IMG/VR virus record: IMGVR_UViG_3300035099_000022
Span: 15,620 to 79,619 of that record
Direction: 5' to 3' (one strand)
Length of the DNA: 64,000 nucleotides
Source of the DNA: a virus
Lineage: Duplodnaviria > Heunggongvirae > Uroviricota > Caudoviricetes
Part shown: positions 16,837 through 25,300 of the stretch, piece by piece
Position numbering within the stretch: the stretch's first letter is position 1
Layout of the letters: each line of letters opens with the position of its first letter
Notes under the pieces: model-generated
What the model saw: the letters and a program-made list of their open reading frames with translations, nothing else
Database searches by the model: none
Told to the model about the DNA's origin: nothing
Position numbers and translations under genes: made by a program

Positions 16837-17573
16837 CGTTGATTGGCAGCAACCGCATCGTCAGCAAGAATCTCGCAGCCTTGAAACCGGCGGCCCAACT
16901 TCAAAGCCACAAGGCCAGTCGTGCCAAAACCGGCGAAAGGGTCCACCACTAGATCACCAGGATTCGAGTGAGTTTCCACCAGCCGTGCGATCAACGGTTC
17001 GGGCTTCTGGCAGGCCCGTTCCGGCCTAAACAGTTCCGAGATGTCAGACCAGACGTTCGTGACTCGTTTGTATTCACTCTTGGCTGGATACTTTGGATTG
17101 AAGCCAGCATAACCTCGCTTCTCGGCCAAGTACGGGATGTTGAACGTGTACTGATTCGAGCATGTATACCAGAGGATTTCTTCACGGCAAAAAAGATAGT
17201 CATTGCATTTTCCATAGGCCCGCCGCTTGCCCCACGTAATCCAGTTCCGATAAATATACGACCTGCGGGCTTCCAGTTGCTCCATGACTTTCAACAACGG
17301 CCGCTGTCCATGCTTGCCGATGCCGCCGAAGAACACAAGCGATCCCGTGTCTCGCAGTTTAAGCCGCGCTGTCTCGAAGATTCCAGTTAGCCAATTCACA
17401 AAGGCTTCGACTGTAGGCCACTGATTGTCCCATGCGTTGCTGACGATGCCATAGTAAGGAGGATCAGTTAGCACTAAGTCAACGGACCCATCTGGTAGAC
17501 TTTCTAAGAAACAACGCGCATCTTGTGCTGTAATATAAGACATATTTGCTTCCATCTGGTGGTGAATCAGCAA
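16788..17573 (-). CDS. DNA amino-methyltransferase (N6-A/N4-C, beta class)
   Basis: DPPY in LVLTDPPYYG. C-terminal LVVDPFAGFGTT. Confidence 0.85.
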   Translation of the reverse strand: MLIHHQMEANMSYITAQDARCFLESLPDGSVDLVLTDPPYYGIVSNAWDNQWPTVEAFVNWLTGIFETARLKLRDTGSLVFFGGIGKHGQRPLLKVMEQLEARRSYIYRNWITWGKRRAYGKCNDYLFCREEILWYTCSNQYTFNIPYLAEKRGYAGFNPKYPAKSEYKRVTNVWSDISELFRPERACQKPEPLIARLVETHSNPGDLVVDPFAGFGTTGLVALKLGRRFQGCEILADDAVAANQRCEVVATNQCCEAPSV

Positions 17574-17576
17574 GGC

Positions 17577-18539
17577 TTACTTTGTCCAGCCAAGGTGGTG
17601 GATGAATAGCTCCACGTAGCTACGAGCAGCATCGAAATTAAAACTCACCGGTTCTTCATCGACTCGACCAGTGGACAGAACACCCTGGTCTTCCACCGGA
17701 ATCTTGTCGATCTCTTTCAAAGTAGGCATCGGAGCATTGGGGTCCACCGCCCATTCAATCTTGGCAGCCGCCGCAAACGCATGAATACGGCGCACTGGGA
17801 CAATAAAATTGAACCCTTGCAACTGTTTCACACCTTGAGTCAGCATCCCGATGTACTCACCGGTCTCTTTCAGGTAAATGCCACCACCTGAGCTGCCAGG
17901 AAAAGCGACCGCTGTAACTTGATCAAAAACCTTGACATTGGCACCTTTCATTTCCAAGGTCCGACCAGTCTGGCTCAAGACGCCTGTGGTGTAACTGTTG
18001 GCTCCAAACTGACCAAGCACGCTACCGCAGTGACTTAGTTCGACGCCAATAGGCGGAATGTAGTTTATGTCCGTCTTGAATCGGGCGCTGGTTTTCATCG
18101 GGTAAGCGTTCAATTGACGAACCATCAAAAGCGCCAAGTCTTCACCGTAGTCGGCGTCACTAAACTTAATGACTTTAGCGTCCAGAGTCATTTCACCCAC
18201 GCGCCGTCCGTTTTGATGCCGCTCCTGAACGATTCTGGCATCCTTGAATTCCACAAGTAGACGTGTACTACCGTCTGCATTGATGACCTTGCGCACGGTA
18301 CGAAGGTTGTCAACGACATGGCCCGCCGTCCAGACAAAGGAAACAGTGTCATCACCGGTTTTACGTGTAATAAGGGTACCGGAGCCTTGCGTATCACCGG
18401 AGCGAATGGTGACGCTGATGTCTTGCAGATAGTCAGGCACCGACTGCGAGGGTACGGGCGTGGCCGCGAATGCGGAACCCACGGTAAGAACCAACACGGT
18501 CGCGACCAACAACACGTACTTCATGGCTACAGACTCCAA
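17577..18539 (-). CDS. Secreted trypsin-like (S1 family) serine protease
   Basis: N-terminal signal peptide (MKYVLLVATVLVLTVGSAFA). Catalytic His in TAGHVVDN and catalytic Ser in FPGSSGGGIY. Confidence 0.65.
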   Translation of the reverse strand: MESVAMKYVLLVATVLVLTVGSAFAATPVPSQSVPDYLQDISVTIRSGDTQGSGTLITRKTGDDTVSFVWTAGHVVDNLRTVRKVINADGSTRLLVEFKDARIVQERHQNGRRVGEMTLDAKVIKFSDADYGEDLALLMVRQLNAYPMKTSARFKTDINYIPPIGVELSHCGSVLGQFGANSYTTGVLSQTGRTLEMKGANVKVFDQVTAVAFPGSSGGGIYLKETGEYIGMLTQGVKQLQGFNFIVPVRRIHAFAAAAKIEWAVDPNAPMPTLKEIDKIPVEDQGVLSTGRVDEEPVSFNFDAARSYVELFIHHLGWTK

Positions 18540-18626
18540 AATAAAAGAACAGAGGACAGGGACAGGGAAACAAGATTTTCAACAAATGACTCAATCGCGG
18601 CAGACGATTCAATCGCTGCAGACGAT

Positions 18627-18923
18627 TTAATCATCACGAATGCAGATGATTTCGCTTTCCACTTGACTCTCATACTGCGGGCACAAACGATGCAGAACAG
18701 CGGCATGTAACAGATCGACAATGGCTTCAGCATCGCAATCCTCATCACTGATAGCGACATGAACTACGACACGCGGGTCGCCATCAAGCACTTCGATTTT
18801 AACCGAATCCGGCTCACCGAGACGAGTGCTTCGCAAAGCCATCAAAATGTTTTTCCGCAAGGAATTTCTGCGCCGCTCCCATTTACCCGCATACAACAGG
18901 ATATCAAACACGACGCAGATCAT
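18627..18923 (-). CDS. Hypothetical protein
   Basis: 98-aa ORF whose stop/start overlaps the SNF2 helicase gene. Confidence 0.3.
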   Translation of the reverse strand: MICVVFDILLYAGKWERRRNSLRKNILMALRSTRLGEPDSVKIEVLDGDPRVVVHVAISDEDCDAEAIVDLLHAAVLHRLCPQYESQVESEIICIRDD

Positions 18924-20932
18924 GGGACGGCTTCTTCTATGATCTGCTCATCACCCTCGCTGGTGTCATTCCAATCCACACCTTTAAGGATTTCGCCTAA
19001 TGTCATTAGCTCCAATTTGCGGTTAGCACGAATCACCTCCAGCACACGCTCGTCACTGGGCAAATGAATCAGGTCCACAATGGTGCAACCTAAGTTTTCA
19101 TCCATACCTTTACGATGAATACGAGCCTCTGACTGGATACGATACTCAGGCTTCCACGAGTTGGACCAGTACACCGCCATGCGAGCTTCCACGAGGGTTA
19201 GCGACATCCCACCAGACTCAGGATTCGCGACGAAGGCGACTTTGCCGTGATCCATATTGGACCAATAATCTAGCGGCTCCTCATCTGTGATAACCCGCCC
19301 CTCGGGGCTGTTCGGAGTGGCGGCGAAAACTCGAAAATCGCCTTGGTCGCACCGCACTACGCTCCATTTCTCACTGAGGCACAGCCTGACAATACGATCC
19401 ACTGACCCAGTGAAGCCGGCAAATATGACGATACGTCCAACCTCTTCATTCTCCTCCAAAAGAGCTTTGAGGGCAGCATCCTTTGGGCACGGATACTCAT
19501 GGGCGACACGAATGATTTTGGTAGTCTCGCGCGTGCCGCCGCACACGGGACAGGGTACAATACTTTTCACTAAACGTGCCACCAACTCGGGTTTCAACAT
19601 GGACACATCGGAGTATGTCCTGTCCGGTTCATTCGGGTCTGACCATTCAGCCACAGTGCCATCTGTGCAGTGTGTACAAGGCACCATGCCGTCCGGGATT
19701 TCGCGGTATTGGAAGCCGTCGCTTAACTCTCTTAATAGAGTCATGCCGACAATAGCACTGGACACGGAATTGGCGATAGCTTGGGCTGCACGCATCGTAC
19801 TCGGCGTTGGCTTGCAGATGATCTTGCGATATCGTTTCTCAGGCAACTGCAAGCAGTCCTTCTTATGCTTAACAACCACCAACCCCTTGAGTCGTTCGTA
19901 CAAATAAGCGACCTCATTTTTTGCCGCCATGAAGGGATGGTAGTCATCCGGGTCATCATCCGGCAAGTGAGGCCCTTCTTCGCAAAATAAACCACATTTC
20001 GCGCACTTCTGTTCGCTATCTTTCCAGCCAATGCGCTTCTTGAACGGGTGACCAGCATAATTCTGTAGAACCATGAAGGCCAGCCGCTCCGTCATTGCAT
20101 TAGGGCTTCCCTCCCTGAGAAAACCGGGCCATGCAATCTCACACAGGCTCCACCAATCAATAGGGGTCTTGGGTGACGGCGTGCCGCTCATTTCAATCAC
20201 ATAGCCCTTCTCCAGGCCGTGTGTCTCGCGAATCAAATCCGCAAGTTTCTGGCAAGCCTGAGACCGCTGCGCCGTGCTGTTTTTGCAACGGCTTGCTTCG
20301 TCAATAATGAAGCCAAAGGGAACCGGTTGGGTGCCATTCCACTCATCCATCACGCCAACAAGTCCCTCATAAGTGAAAAACTCCACTTGGATTTTATGAG
20401 CCGGAAAATCCCACAATCGCAGCTCCCGTTGAATGTTGGGCAGACTTGTCTTTGGTCCAACCCACCACCACACAGGCGCACCGGACAATTCCATGACCAT
20501 CTGGGCAGCCAGTGTTTTGCCCGTACCCATTTCTGCCGCGAAAATCTGGTAATGATACGTCAGACCAGCATCCGACAAGTCGGCTTGGTGCGGCATGTAC
20601 GTTGCCGGCACACCGTTGCGAAACAGCGGACGGTAAGAATGACGGATCAAAGGACGATCAAACCAAGCGTAAACATCCTCGCCGCACAGCCAACGAAGTT
20701 GAAAACGGTTGCGCTGATTATCGTCCACCGACCAAATCTTCTTGCCGGCATAGCGGCCTTCGTTCTGAAATTGATGCCAACGAGAGCCACTCATCGCCTT
20801 GATCTCATCTTTCAACGAGAATGGCGACTTGAGAAAATAGATGCGCCCGTCCGCATATTCCAAGGTTGCAGAAACACGAATCAGCATGCCACTTGACGTG
20901 CGAGTCGTCATCTTTACCTCTTCAATGGTCAT
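18920..20932 (-). CDS. SNF2-family helicase/ATPase
   Basis: Motif I AEMGTGKTLAAQ. Motif II IIDEASRCKN (DEAH-like). SNF2 motif III MSGTPSPKTPIDWW. C-terminal helicase domain. Start trimmed to the internal Met (MTIEEVK...) to remove the overlap with the MTase. Confidence 0.75.
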   Translation of the reverse strand: MTIEEVKMTTRTSSGMLIRVSATLEYADGRIYFLKSPFSLKDEIKAMSGSRWHQFQNEGRYAGKKIWSVDDNQRNRFQLRWLCGEDVYAWFDRPLIRHSYRPLFRNGVPATYMPHQADLSDAGLTYHYQIFAAEMGTGKTLAAQMVMELSGAPVWWWVGPKTSLPNIQRELRLWDFPAHKIQVEFFTYEGLVGVMDEWNGTQPVPFGFIIDEASRCKNSTAQRSQACQKLADLIRETHGLEKGYVIEMSGTPSPKTPIDWWSLCEIAWPGFLREGSPNAMTERLAFMVLQNYAGHPFKKRIGWKDSEQKCAKCGLFCEEGPHLPDDDPDDYHPFMAAKNEVAYLYERLKGLVVVKHKKDCLQLPEKRYRKIICKPTPSTMRAAQAIANSVSSAIVGMTLLRELSDGFQYREIPDGMVPCTHCTDGTVAEWSDPNEPDRTYSDVSMLKPELVARLVKSIVPCPVCGGTRETTKIIRVAHEYPCPKDAALKALLEENEEVGRIVIFAGFTGSVDRIVRLCLSEKWSVVRCDQGDFRVFAATPNSPEGRVITDEEPLDYWSNMDHGKVAFVANPESGGMSLTLVEARMAVYWSNSWKPEYRIQSEARIHRKGMDENLGCTIVDLIHLPSDERVLEVIRANRKLELMTLGEILKGVDWNDTSEGDEQIIEEAVP

Positions 20933-20960
20933 GCCGTCCTCGCATCGTTTACACGCTTTT

Positions 20961-22145
20961 TCACACTGTGGCTTGGGAGATTCGTGCCTTGGCAATTTCG
21001 CAGTTGTGGGCATCCAATTCCACGCCAATGCACGGGCGACCGAGTTTCTTAGCGGCAATTAGGGTTGTTCCACTGCCGGCGAAAGGGTCAAGAATGACAC
21101 CACCAGTCGGAGTCGACAGAAGTGTGAGCAGATATTCCATGAGAGCCAAAGGTTTGACCGTGGGATGGTCATTCTTCATCCCTTTGGGATTTCGTTCACG
21201 GCGACACGCCTTACTACAGTAAAAGAAACGACTGACCCCATCCGAGTTACCGGTTTGCATATTGCCGGTTTGCACATCATCAGCACGACCCCTTTGCTTG
21301 TCTAACAACACAGCGGCTTCGTCATCTAAAAGCACGTTCGTCGGCCAACGGCCTAGAGCCTCGCCCGGTCGCCGATCGTTGTAACCATTGCGGCTCGGAA
21401 CGTTCCAGCCGTTATAATTGCCGGCCGGCACCTTTCCCTCTCGTCGCTGTTGGCTAGGACTGCCACCATCGCACGCAATCCGTGTGGCATCGATGTTCAG
21501 GCCGGCTACACCCCAAGTCAGGGCATTGTGAGCAATCGTGCCGTCCATCTGTTTCATTGCTAAGACGATGGGTTCCCAAGCAGGCTTCAATGCCATCGCG
21601 AACCCTGTGAATTGAGTAGCCTCGGGAGTCGCCGGAGCAGTAATCTGCGAGGCCCGCAATCGTGCATCGGTGCCCGGCGCATGAAGACCCTTGCCGCCAC
21701 CGTAACAACTACCACCCTTGTTCTCATGCAAATGATAACCAGGGCGATCAAGTTTCGAGCCAACAACCTCCCGTTTAGCCCCTTTCGACTTGTCAATCAT
21801 CTTGCCGATGTCACCGCACTTGGGCATTCCTTGGCCATAGAGCCACATCAAACAATCACGAATTTCCCACCCCGCATCTTCGACCGCGCCAACAAGTCGG
21901 TGCCACGTCCGCGTGCCACCAAAAGCCAACAGCAAAGCGCCGGGTTTGCACGCGGCGGCAATCGTTTTCCAGTAGGTTGGACCGGGAACATTGAAATCCC
22001 AGTCCTTCTCCATGAACCCCAAGCCATACGGCGGATCGGTGACAACAAAATCCACTGTGTTTGGCTGCACCGTCTGGGGAAGGACTTCCCGCAGATCACC
22101 GTGGTAAAGCACGATATTATCAGCACAATAATAAGGTTTTGTCAT
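20961..22145 (-). CDS. DNA amino-methyltransferase (N6-A/N4-C, beta class), paralog B
   Basis: N-terminal about 100 aa (IVLYHGDLREV...VVTDPPYGLGFMEKDWD...CLMWLYGQG) and C-terminal about 85 aa (VILDPFAGSGTT...) are nearly identical to the MTase at 2212..3603. The central region differs. Confidence 0.85.
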   Translation of the reverse strand: MTKPYYCADNIVLYHGDLREVLPQTVQPNTVDFVVTDPPYGLGFMEKDWDFNVPGPTYWKTIAAACKPGALLLAFGGTRTWHRLVGAVEDAGWEIRDCLMWLYGQGMPKCGDIGKMIDKSKGAKREVVGSKLDRPGYHLHENKGGSCYGGGKGLHAPGTDARLRASQITAPATPEATQFTGFAMALKPAWEPIVLAMKQMDGTIAHNALTWGVAGLNIDATRIACDGGSPSQQRREGKVPAGNYNGWNVPSRNGYNDRRPGEALGRWPTNVLLDDEAAVLLDKQRGRADDVQTGNMQTGNSDGVSRFFYCSKACRRERNPKGMKNDHPTVKPLALMEYLLTLLSTPTGGVILDPFAGSGTTLIAAKKLGRPCIGVELDAHNCEIAKARISQATV

Positions 22146-22175
22146 CTATTAACCGGTGCAAGGGTTCTTCTCGCT
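22146..22175 (-). promoter_or_regulatory. Upstream motif copy 2 (GAGAAGAACCCTTGCACCGGTTAATAGA), abutting the start codon of MTase paralog B
   Basis: Compare 55146-55178. Confidence 0.4.
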
Positions 22176-22242
22176 TCAAGTTCGCATTGACGAAAGCGGT
22201 GGTGATACTACCAGTTCGAGAAATGCGGATGAAAATGGCGCA

Positions 22243-22764
22243 CTACCCGCGTTTATTTTCCAGGACAAAGGTGTAGTCCCCCGCCTGACGAACCTGAAAA
22301 TCACCCCAAACATTCAATCCAGCAGCCATGAACCAACCGTGCAATTTGTTGAAACAGTGCCGAACAGGGGGTTCCACATCTTTATGACAACCCGATATAA
22401 TTGCATCGCGCCACTGCGCCAACGTGCCCGTAACCACTGCAATCTGCACACCCCGCACATTCGTTTCTGCCGTTACAAACGGCATTCCCGCACAGTGCTG
22501 CAAGACATCCAGCAAATCCCGGTCATCCGCGCCAATGAAGGCACTGAATGAAGCGTGGGGCAGCAAGTAAGTTGGCAGACCAATGCCAACTTTTGCATTC
22601 CGCAAGGATGCAAGACAGCTAAGAAACCTCTCCGCATCCGACAACTCCCTCCGGGAAGCGTCGGCTGCTTCCGCCGGATTTCGCCCCGTAACCTGACGGA
22701 CCAAGCCAATGAAGGTGCGAAAATCTACAGAGGGTTGTGTTATCAAAATTGCTTCGGGGTTCAC
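22243..22764 (-). CDS. Hypothetical protein
   Basis: 173-aa ORF. No family recognised. Confidence 0.35.
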   Translation of the reverse strand: MNPEAILITQPSVDFRTFIGLVRQVTGRNPAEAADASRRELSDAERFLSCLASLRNAKVGIGLPTYLLPHASFSAFIGADDRDLLDVLQHCAGMPFVTAETNVRGVQIAVVTGTLAQWRDAIISGCHKDVEPPVRHCFNKLHGWFMAAGLNVWGDFQVRQAGDYTFVLENKRG

Positions 22765-22767
22765 AGT

Positions 22768-23133
22768 CTACAAAACCTCGACGGTGATACGCAGTTTCAT
22801 GTTGTCGCGAGTGATGTCTGGCTCATCCGCTGCCAGCCGCAATCCCTGAGCGCGCAGGTCCGCCAGCCGTTTATACACGGCGTCAAACTCAGTCTGATTC
22901 GGAAAATCAAGCTGCCGCGCGATATATGATTCCAGCCGTTCCTGCGCCGCCAACTCTTGGGGCACCGAACCATTGGTTGCGTCAACGGCTGCGTCAACGG
23001 CTGCGTCAACGGCTGCGTCAACAGCGGCATCATCGTCGGCAGTCTGCACGAGAATGTGTCGTGTCTGGTCTTCGCCGGAGAAATAGGCCAGCGTAATGCC
23101 GCCCTCAATCACAAAACTCTTCATTGCCATCAT
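22768..23133 (-). CDS. Hypothetical protein with (DAAV)n repeat
   Basis: 121 aa. Contains DAAVDAAVDAAVDAAVDA encoded by a 12-bp tandem repeat. Confidence 0.35.
   Translation of the reverse strand: MMAMKSFVIEGGITLAYFSGEDQTRHILVQTADDDAAVDAAVDAAVDAAVDATNGSVPQELAAQERLESYIARQLDFPNQTEFDAVYKRLADLRAQGLRLAADEPDITRDNMKLRITVEVL
22978..23026. repeat. 12-bp tandem repeat TGCGTCAACGGC x4
   Basis: Read directly. Encodes the DAAV repeat. Confidence 0.85.
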
Positions 23134-23161
23134 TGGTCTCCCAAACCAAAGTTAAAACAAG

Positions 23162-23246
23162 CCGACACCTCCGGGACTCGAACCCGGACCTCCAGGCGGG
23201 CGGCCTGGCGTGCTGCTTACACCGCGTGCTGTTTACACCAAGGTGT
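23162..23246 (-). tRNA. tRNA-like element (class II-like, long variable arm); anticodon uncertain (GCA in best fold)
   Basis: The minus strand folds with a perfect 7-bp acceptor stem (GACACCT/AGGTGTC), a perfect 5-bp T stem with loop TTCGAGT (CCGGGTTCGAGTCCCGG) and a 19-nt variable arm with a 4-bp stem. The best anticodon stem is GGTGT/ACGCC with loop AAGCAGC. The D-loop lacks GG and position 33 is not U, so this may be a degenerate tRNA or a tRNA-derived att core. Confidence 0.4.
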
Positions 23247-23337
23247 CAGGAACCCTGCCGGGGCCTCGCGGCAAGTCCAGCAGGGAGCAAATGACTTATC
23301 ATGAAGGGCGTATTTGTGGCAGAAGCCCAACAGGTAA

Positions 23338-24075
23338 TTAGCGGGCGCGGGCTGGCTTCGTCTCTTCGACCCGCTCGACGCCATTGTCCTTGACGGTCAG
23401 GAACCGCTCCATTTCGCGGCGAATCACATCCATGCTCGGCATCTTCGTAAAGGGCGTGAAGCACTTCACGACTACCGGAACGTGCCACGAGCCGCGCCTG
23501 TTCTCGGCGATCTTAACCTTGAGCGTCACGGGGATCGGGCCGTGGGGTTTCAGGTCGCCCACGTCATGGCCGGCCGCCGCTTTGGCGTCAATGTCCACCT
23601 GGCTGAGCGGCAGGAAGGGAAAGAGCTTCTTCGCTTCGATGCGGTTCGACTTGTTGCCGCAGAAAAACTCCAGGAATCGACCGGTGCTCCGCTCGTAGAC
23701 GAGGAAGCTGGGACCGAACTGGCAGTGCGACTCCGGCTCGTTACTCTTGGTGGCGATCCGCTTGAACTCCTCGGATTCCATGTCGTAGGAAATGACCAAT
23801 GCCTCCGGGTCAGTCATGTCAATAGCCTTCGGTCGGCGAGCTAGCGGAATCAGGTCTACGCTCGCGCCGAGGTCGATGATCTCTTCATCGGACTCCGGGA
23901 TGCCATAGTGGCCAGGCGGTATGAGGCCCTTGTTGACGGCCTTGCCCTTCGTGTAAAGCTGCAACCGGCCGATATAATCACCACCCTTGGCGAGTTCGTC
24001 GTAGATGTCATCGCTGCCGATCTGGGTGGAAGGAAGCTGCTCAAAAGTAAACGGAATCAAAGCGTTGTCGGACAT
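23338..24075 (-). CDS. Hypothetical protein
   Basis: 245-aa ORF. No family recognised. Confidence 0.4.
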   Translation of the reverse strand: MSDNALIPFTFEQLPSTQIGSDDIYDELAKGGDYIGRLQLYTKGKAVNKGLIPPGHYGIPESDEEIIDLGASVDLIPLARRPKAIDMTDPEALVISYDMESEEFKRIATKSNEPESHCQFGPSFLVYERSTGRFLEFFCGNKSNRIEAKKLFPFLPLSQVDIDAKAAAGHDVGDLKPHGPIPVTLKVKIAENRRGSWHVPVVVKCFTPFTKMPSMDVIRREMERFLTVKDNGVERVEETKPARAR

Positions 24076-24184
24076 TTTCGCACCTTTCTTGTTACAGGAA
24101 TCAGGAATGTGGGTCAGGATGTCAGTCAGAAACGTTGCACAACTCTCGTTGCTTGATTCAATGTTTCATTGTTCCGTTTTCACG

Positions 24185-25105
24185 TCATGGTTCGCTCTCC
24201 TTTTCTTCTTTCATGCGTTCAAGCACGGCTGTCTTCTGTCGTTGCACAAATCGTTCTCGTTGCCACATGACGCTTTCTTCATCCAGATTTAGTACCCACT
24301 TCAGTGCTAAATACCAAGCATCCAAAGGCGTCTTGCAGCCGGCGGTCGCCAGGAACAAGGCACCGATTCGGCGATGTTCATACTCGTCCTTCACGTCCAG
24401 CAATTTACGTAGATACGGAACTGGAGTGAAATCTCCATCAACTCGGGGTCGCTTCCCTCGCCGCAGCTCAGCATAGCAGCGCCGTGTAAACTCATTGACG
24501 ATTGGCACAAACTCCTTTGCCGGCATGGTCTTTGCCTGCTCAACAAACTGTAGTTGGTGAGAACGAAATACACGCGCCAAGGCGTAAGCCGACAGTAATG
24601 GAATCTCACCTCGTTCCAATGCTTGTTGTGCCGGGCCAATCAAGTTCAGCAGTGCAAGTTGATTACCAACCCACTCCGGATTCTTATGAATCCGAGCACT
24701 CAACTGTGCAATAGACAAATCATGCCCCTCAGCCGTCGCCAGTACCTCGGCTATCCTCTTCAACTGCCGGGCGTACTCCATAATCGTCGTCTCCGGCCGC
24801 AGCGCATTGGCCTGTATCTGTGCGGCCAACACGTCGGCGTCCGTGAGGTTGTACTTGACGATGCACGGCAGACCCGATAGCTGTAGCTCCACGGCCGCCA
24901 TGTAGCGATAGAGGCCGTCCACAATTTCAAACTTGCCCGGCTTTCGCGTAGAAGGCCGAACACAAATGGAGTTAAGCAGGCCCCTGTCGGCGATCGAGTC
25001 ACGCAGCTCCAGGTACTCTACAGAGCCGCGGTTGACGACGCGCAGGACAGCCCACGCCTCGCACAACTGGTCTAACGGAATGAAGCGGAAATCGTCTTGC
25101 ATCAC
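24185..25105 (-). CDS. ParB-like nuclease domain protein (second paralog)
   Basis: N-terminal ParB/Srx-like motif FEIVDGLYRYMAAV. It is the first gene of the leftward operon that diverges from the palindromic region. Confidence 0.5.
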   Translation of the reverse strand: MMQDDFRFIPLDQLCEAWAVLRVVNRGSVEYLELRDSIADRGLLNSICVRPSTRKPGKFEIVDGLYRYMAAVELQLSGLPCIVKYNLTDADVLAAQIQANALRPETTIMEYARQLKRIAEVLATAEGHDLSIAQLSARIHKNPEWVGNQLALLNLIGPAQQALERGEIPLLSAYALARVFRSHQLQFVEQAKTMPAKEFVPIVNEFTRRCYAELRRGKRPRVDGDFTPVPYLRKLLDVKDEYEHRRIGALFLATAGCKTPLDAWYLALKWVLNLDEESVMWQRERFVQRQKTAVLERMKEEKESEP

Positions 25106-25181
25106 CTATAAGAGACGGCAAAAACTGCGAAATTTTCAGACCCAATCTGAAAATTCAGCCTTTTTTGCCGTCTCTTATAGG
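25103..25181. promoter_or_regulatory. Divergent control region with a perfect 21-bp inverted repeat (ACCTATAAGAGACGGCAAAAA ... TTTTTGCCGTCTCTTATAGGT, 37-nt spacer)
   Basis: The arms read directly as 25103-25123 and 25161-25181. Each arm lies immediately upstream of a divergently transcribed gene (24185..25105 minus, 25301..27970 plus). Confidence 0.6.
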
Positions 25182-25300
25182 TATCGTAGGGAAAATTGCG
25201 CAACCAAGTGCCTCACCCACAAGCCGTTTACACGCTTCCAATGGAGAACTTTTGTGTCGGTGACTAGACAGCAGCCAAGCAATACCCAGGAAGAGGACAC

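Noticed and set aside
16788-22145. DISARM/BREX-like defence island (MTases plus SNF2 helicase)
   Set aside because: Core components are missing (DrmA/DrmB/PLD, BrxC/PglZ). The genomic context is a phage early operon, so a phage anti-restriction methylation module with a replication helicase is more parsimonious.
23162-23246. Confident tRNA-Cys annotation
   Set aside because: Acceptor and T arms are canonical, but the D-loop lacks GG, two nucleotides separate the D and anticodon stems, and position 33 is A. It is reported only as tRNA-like.
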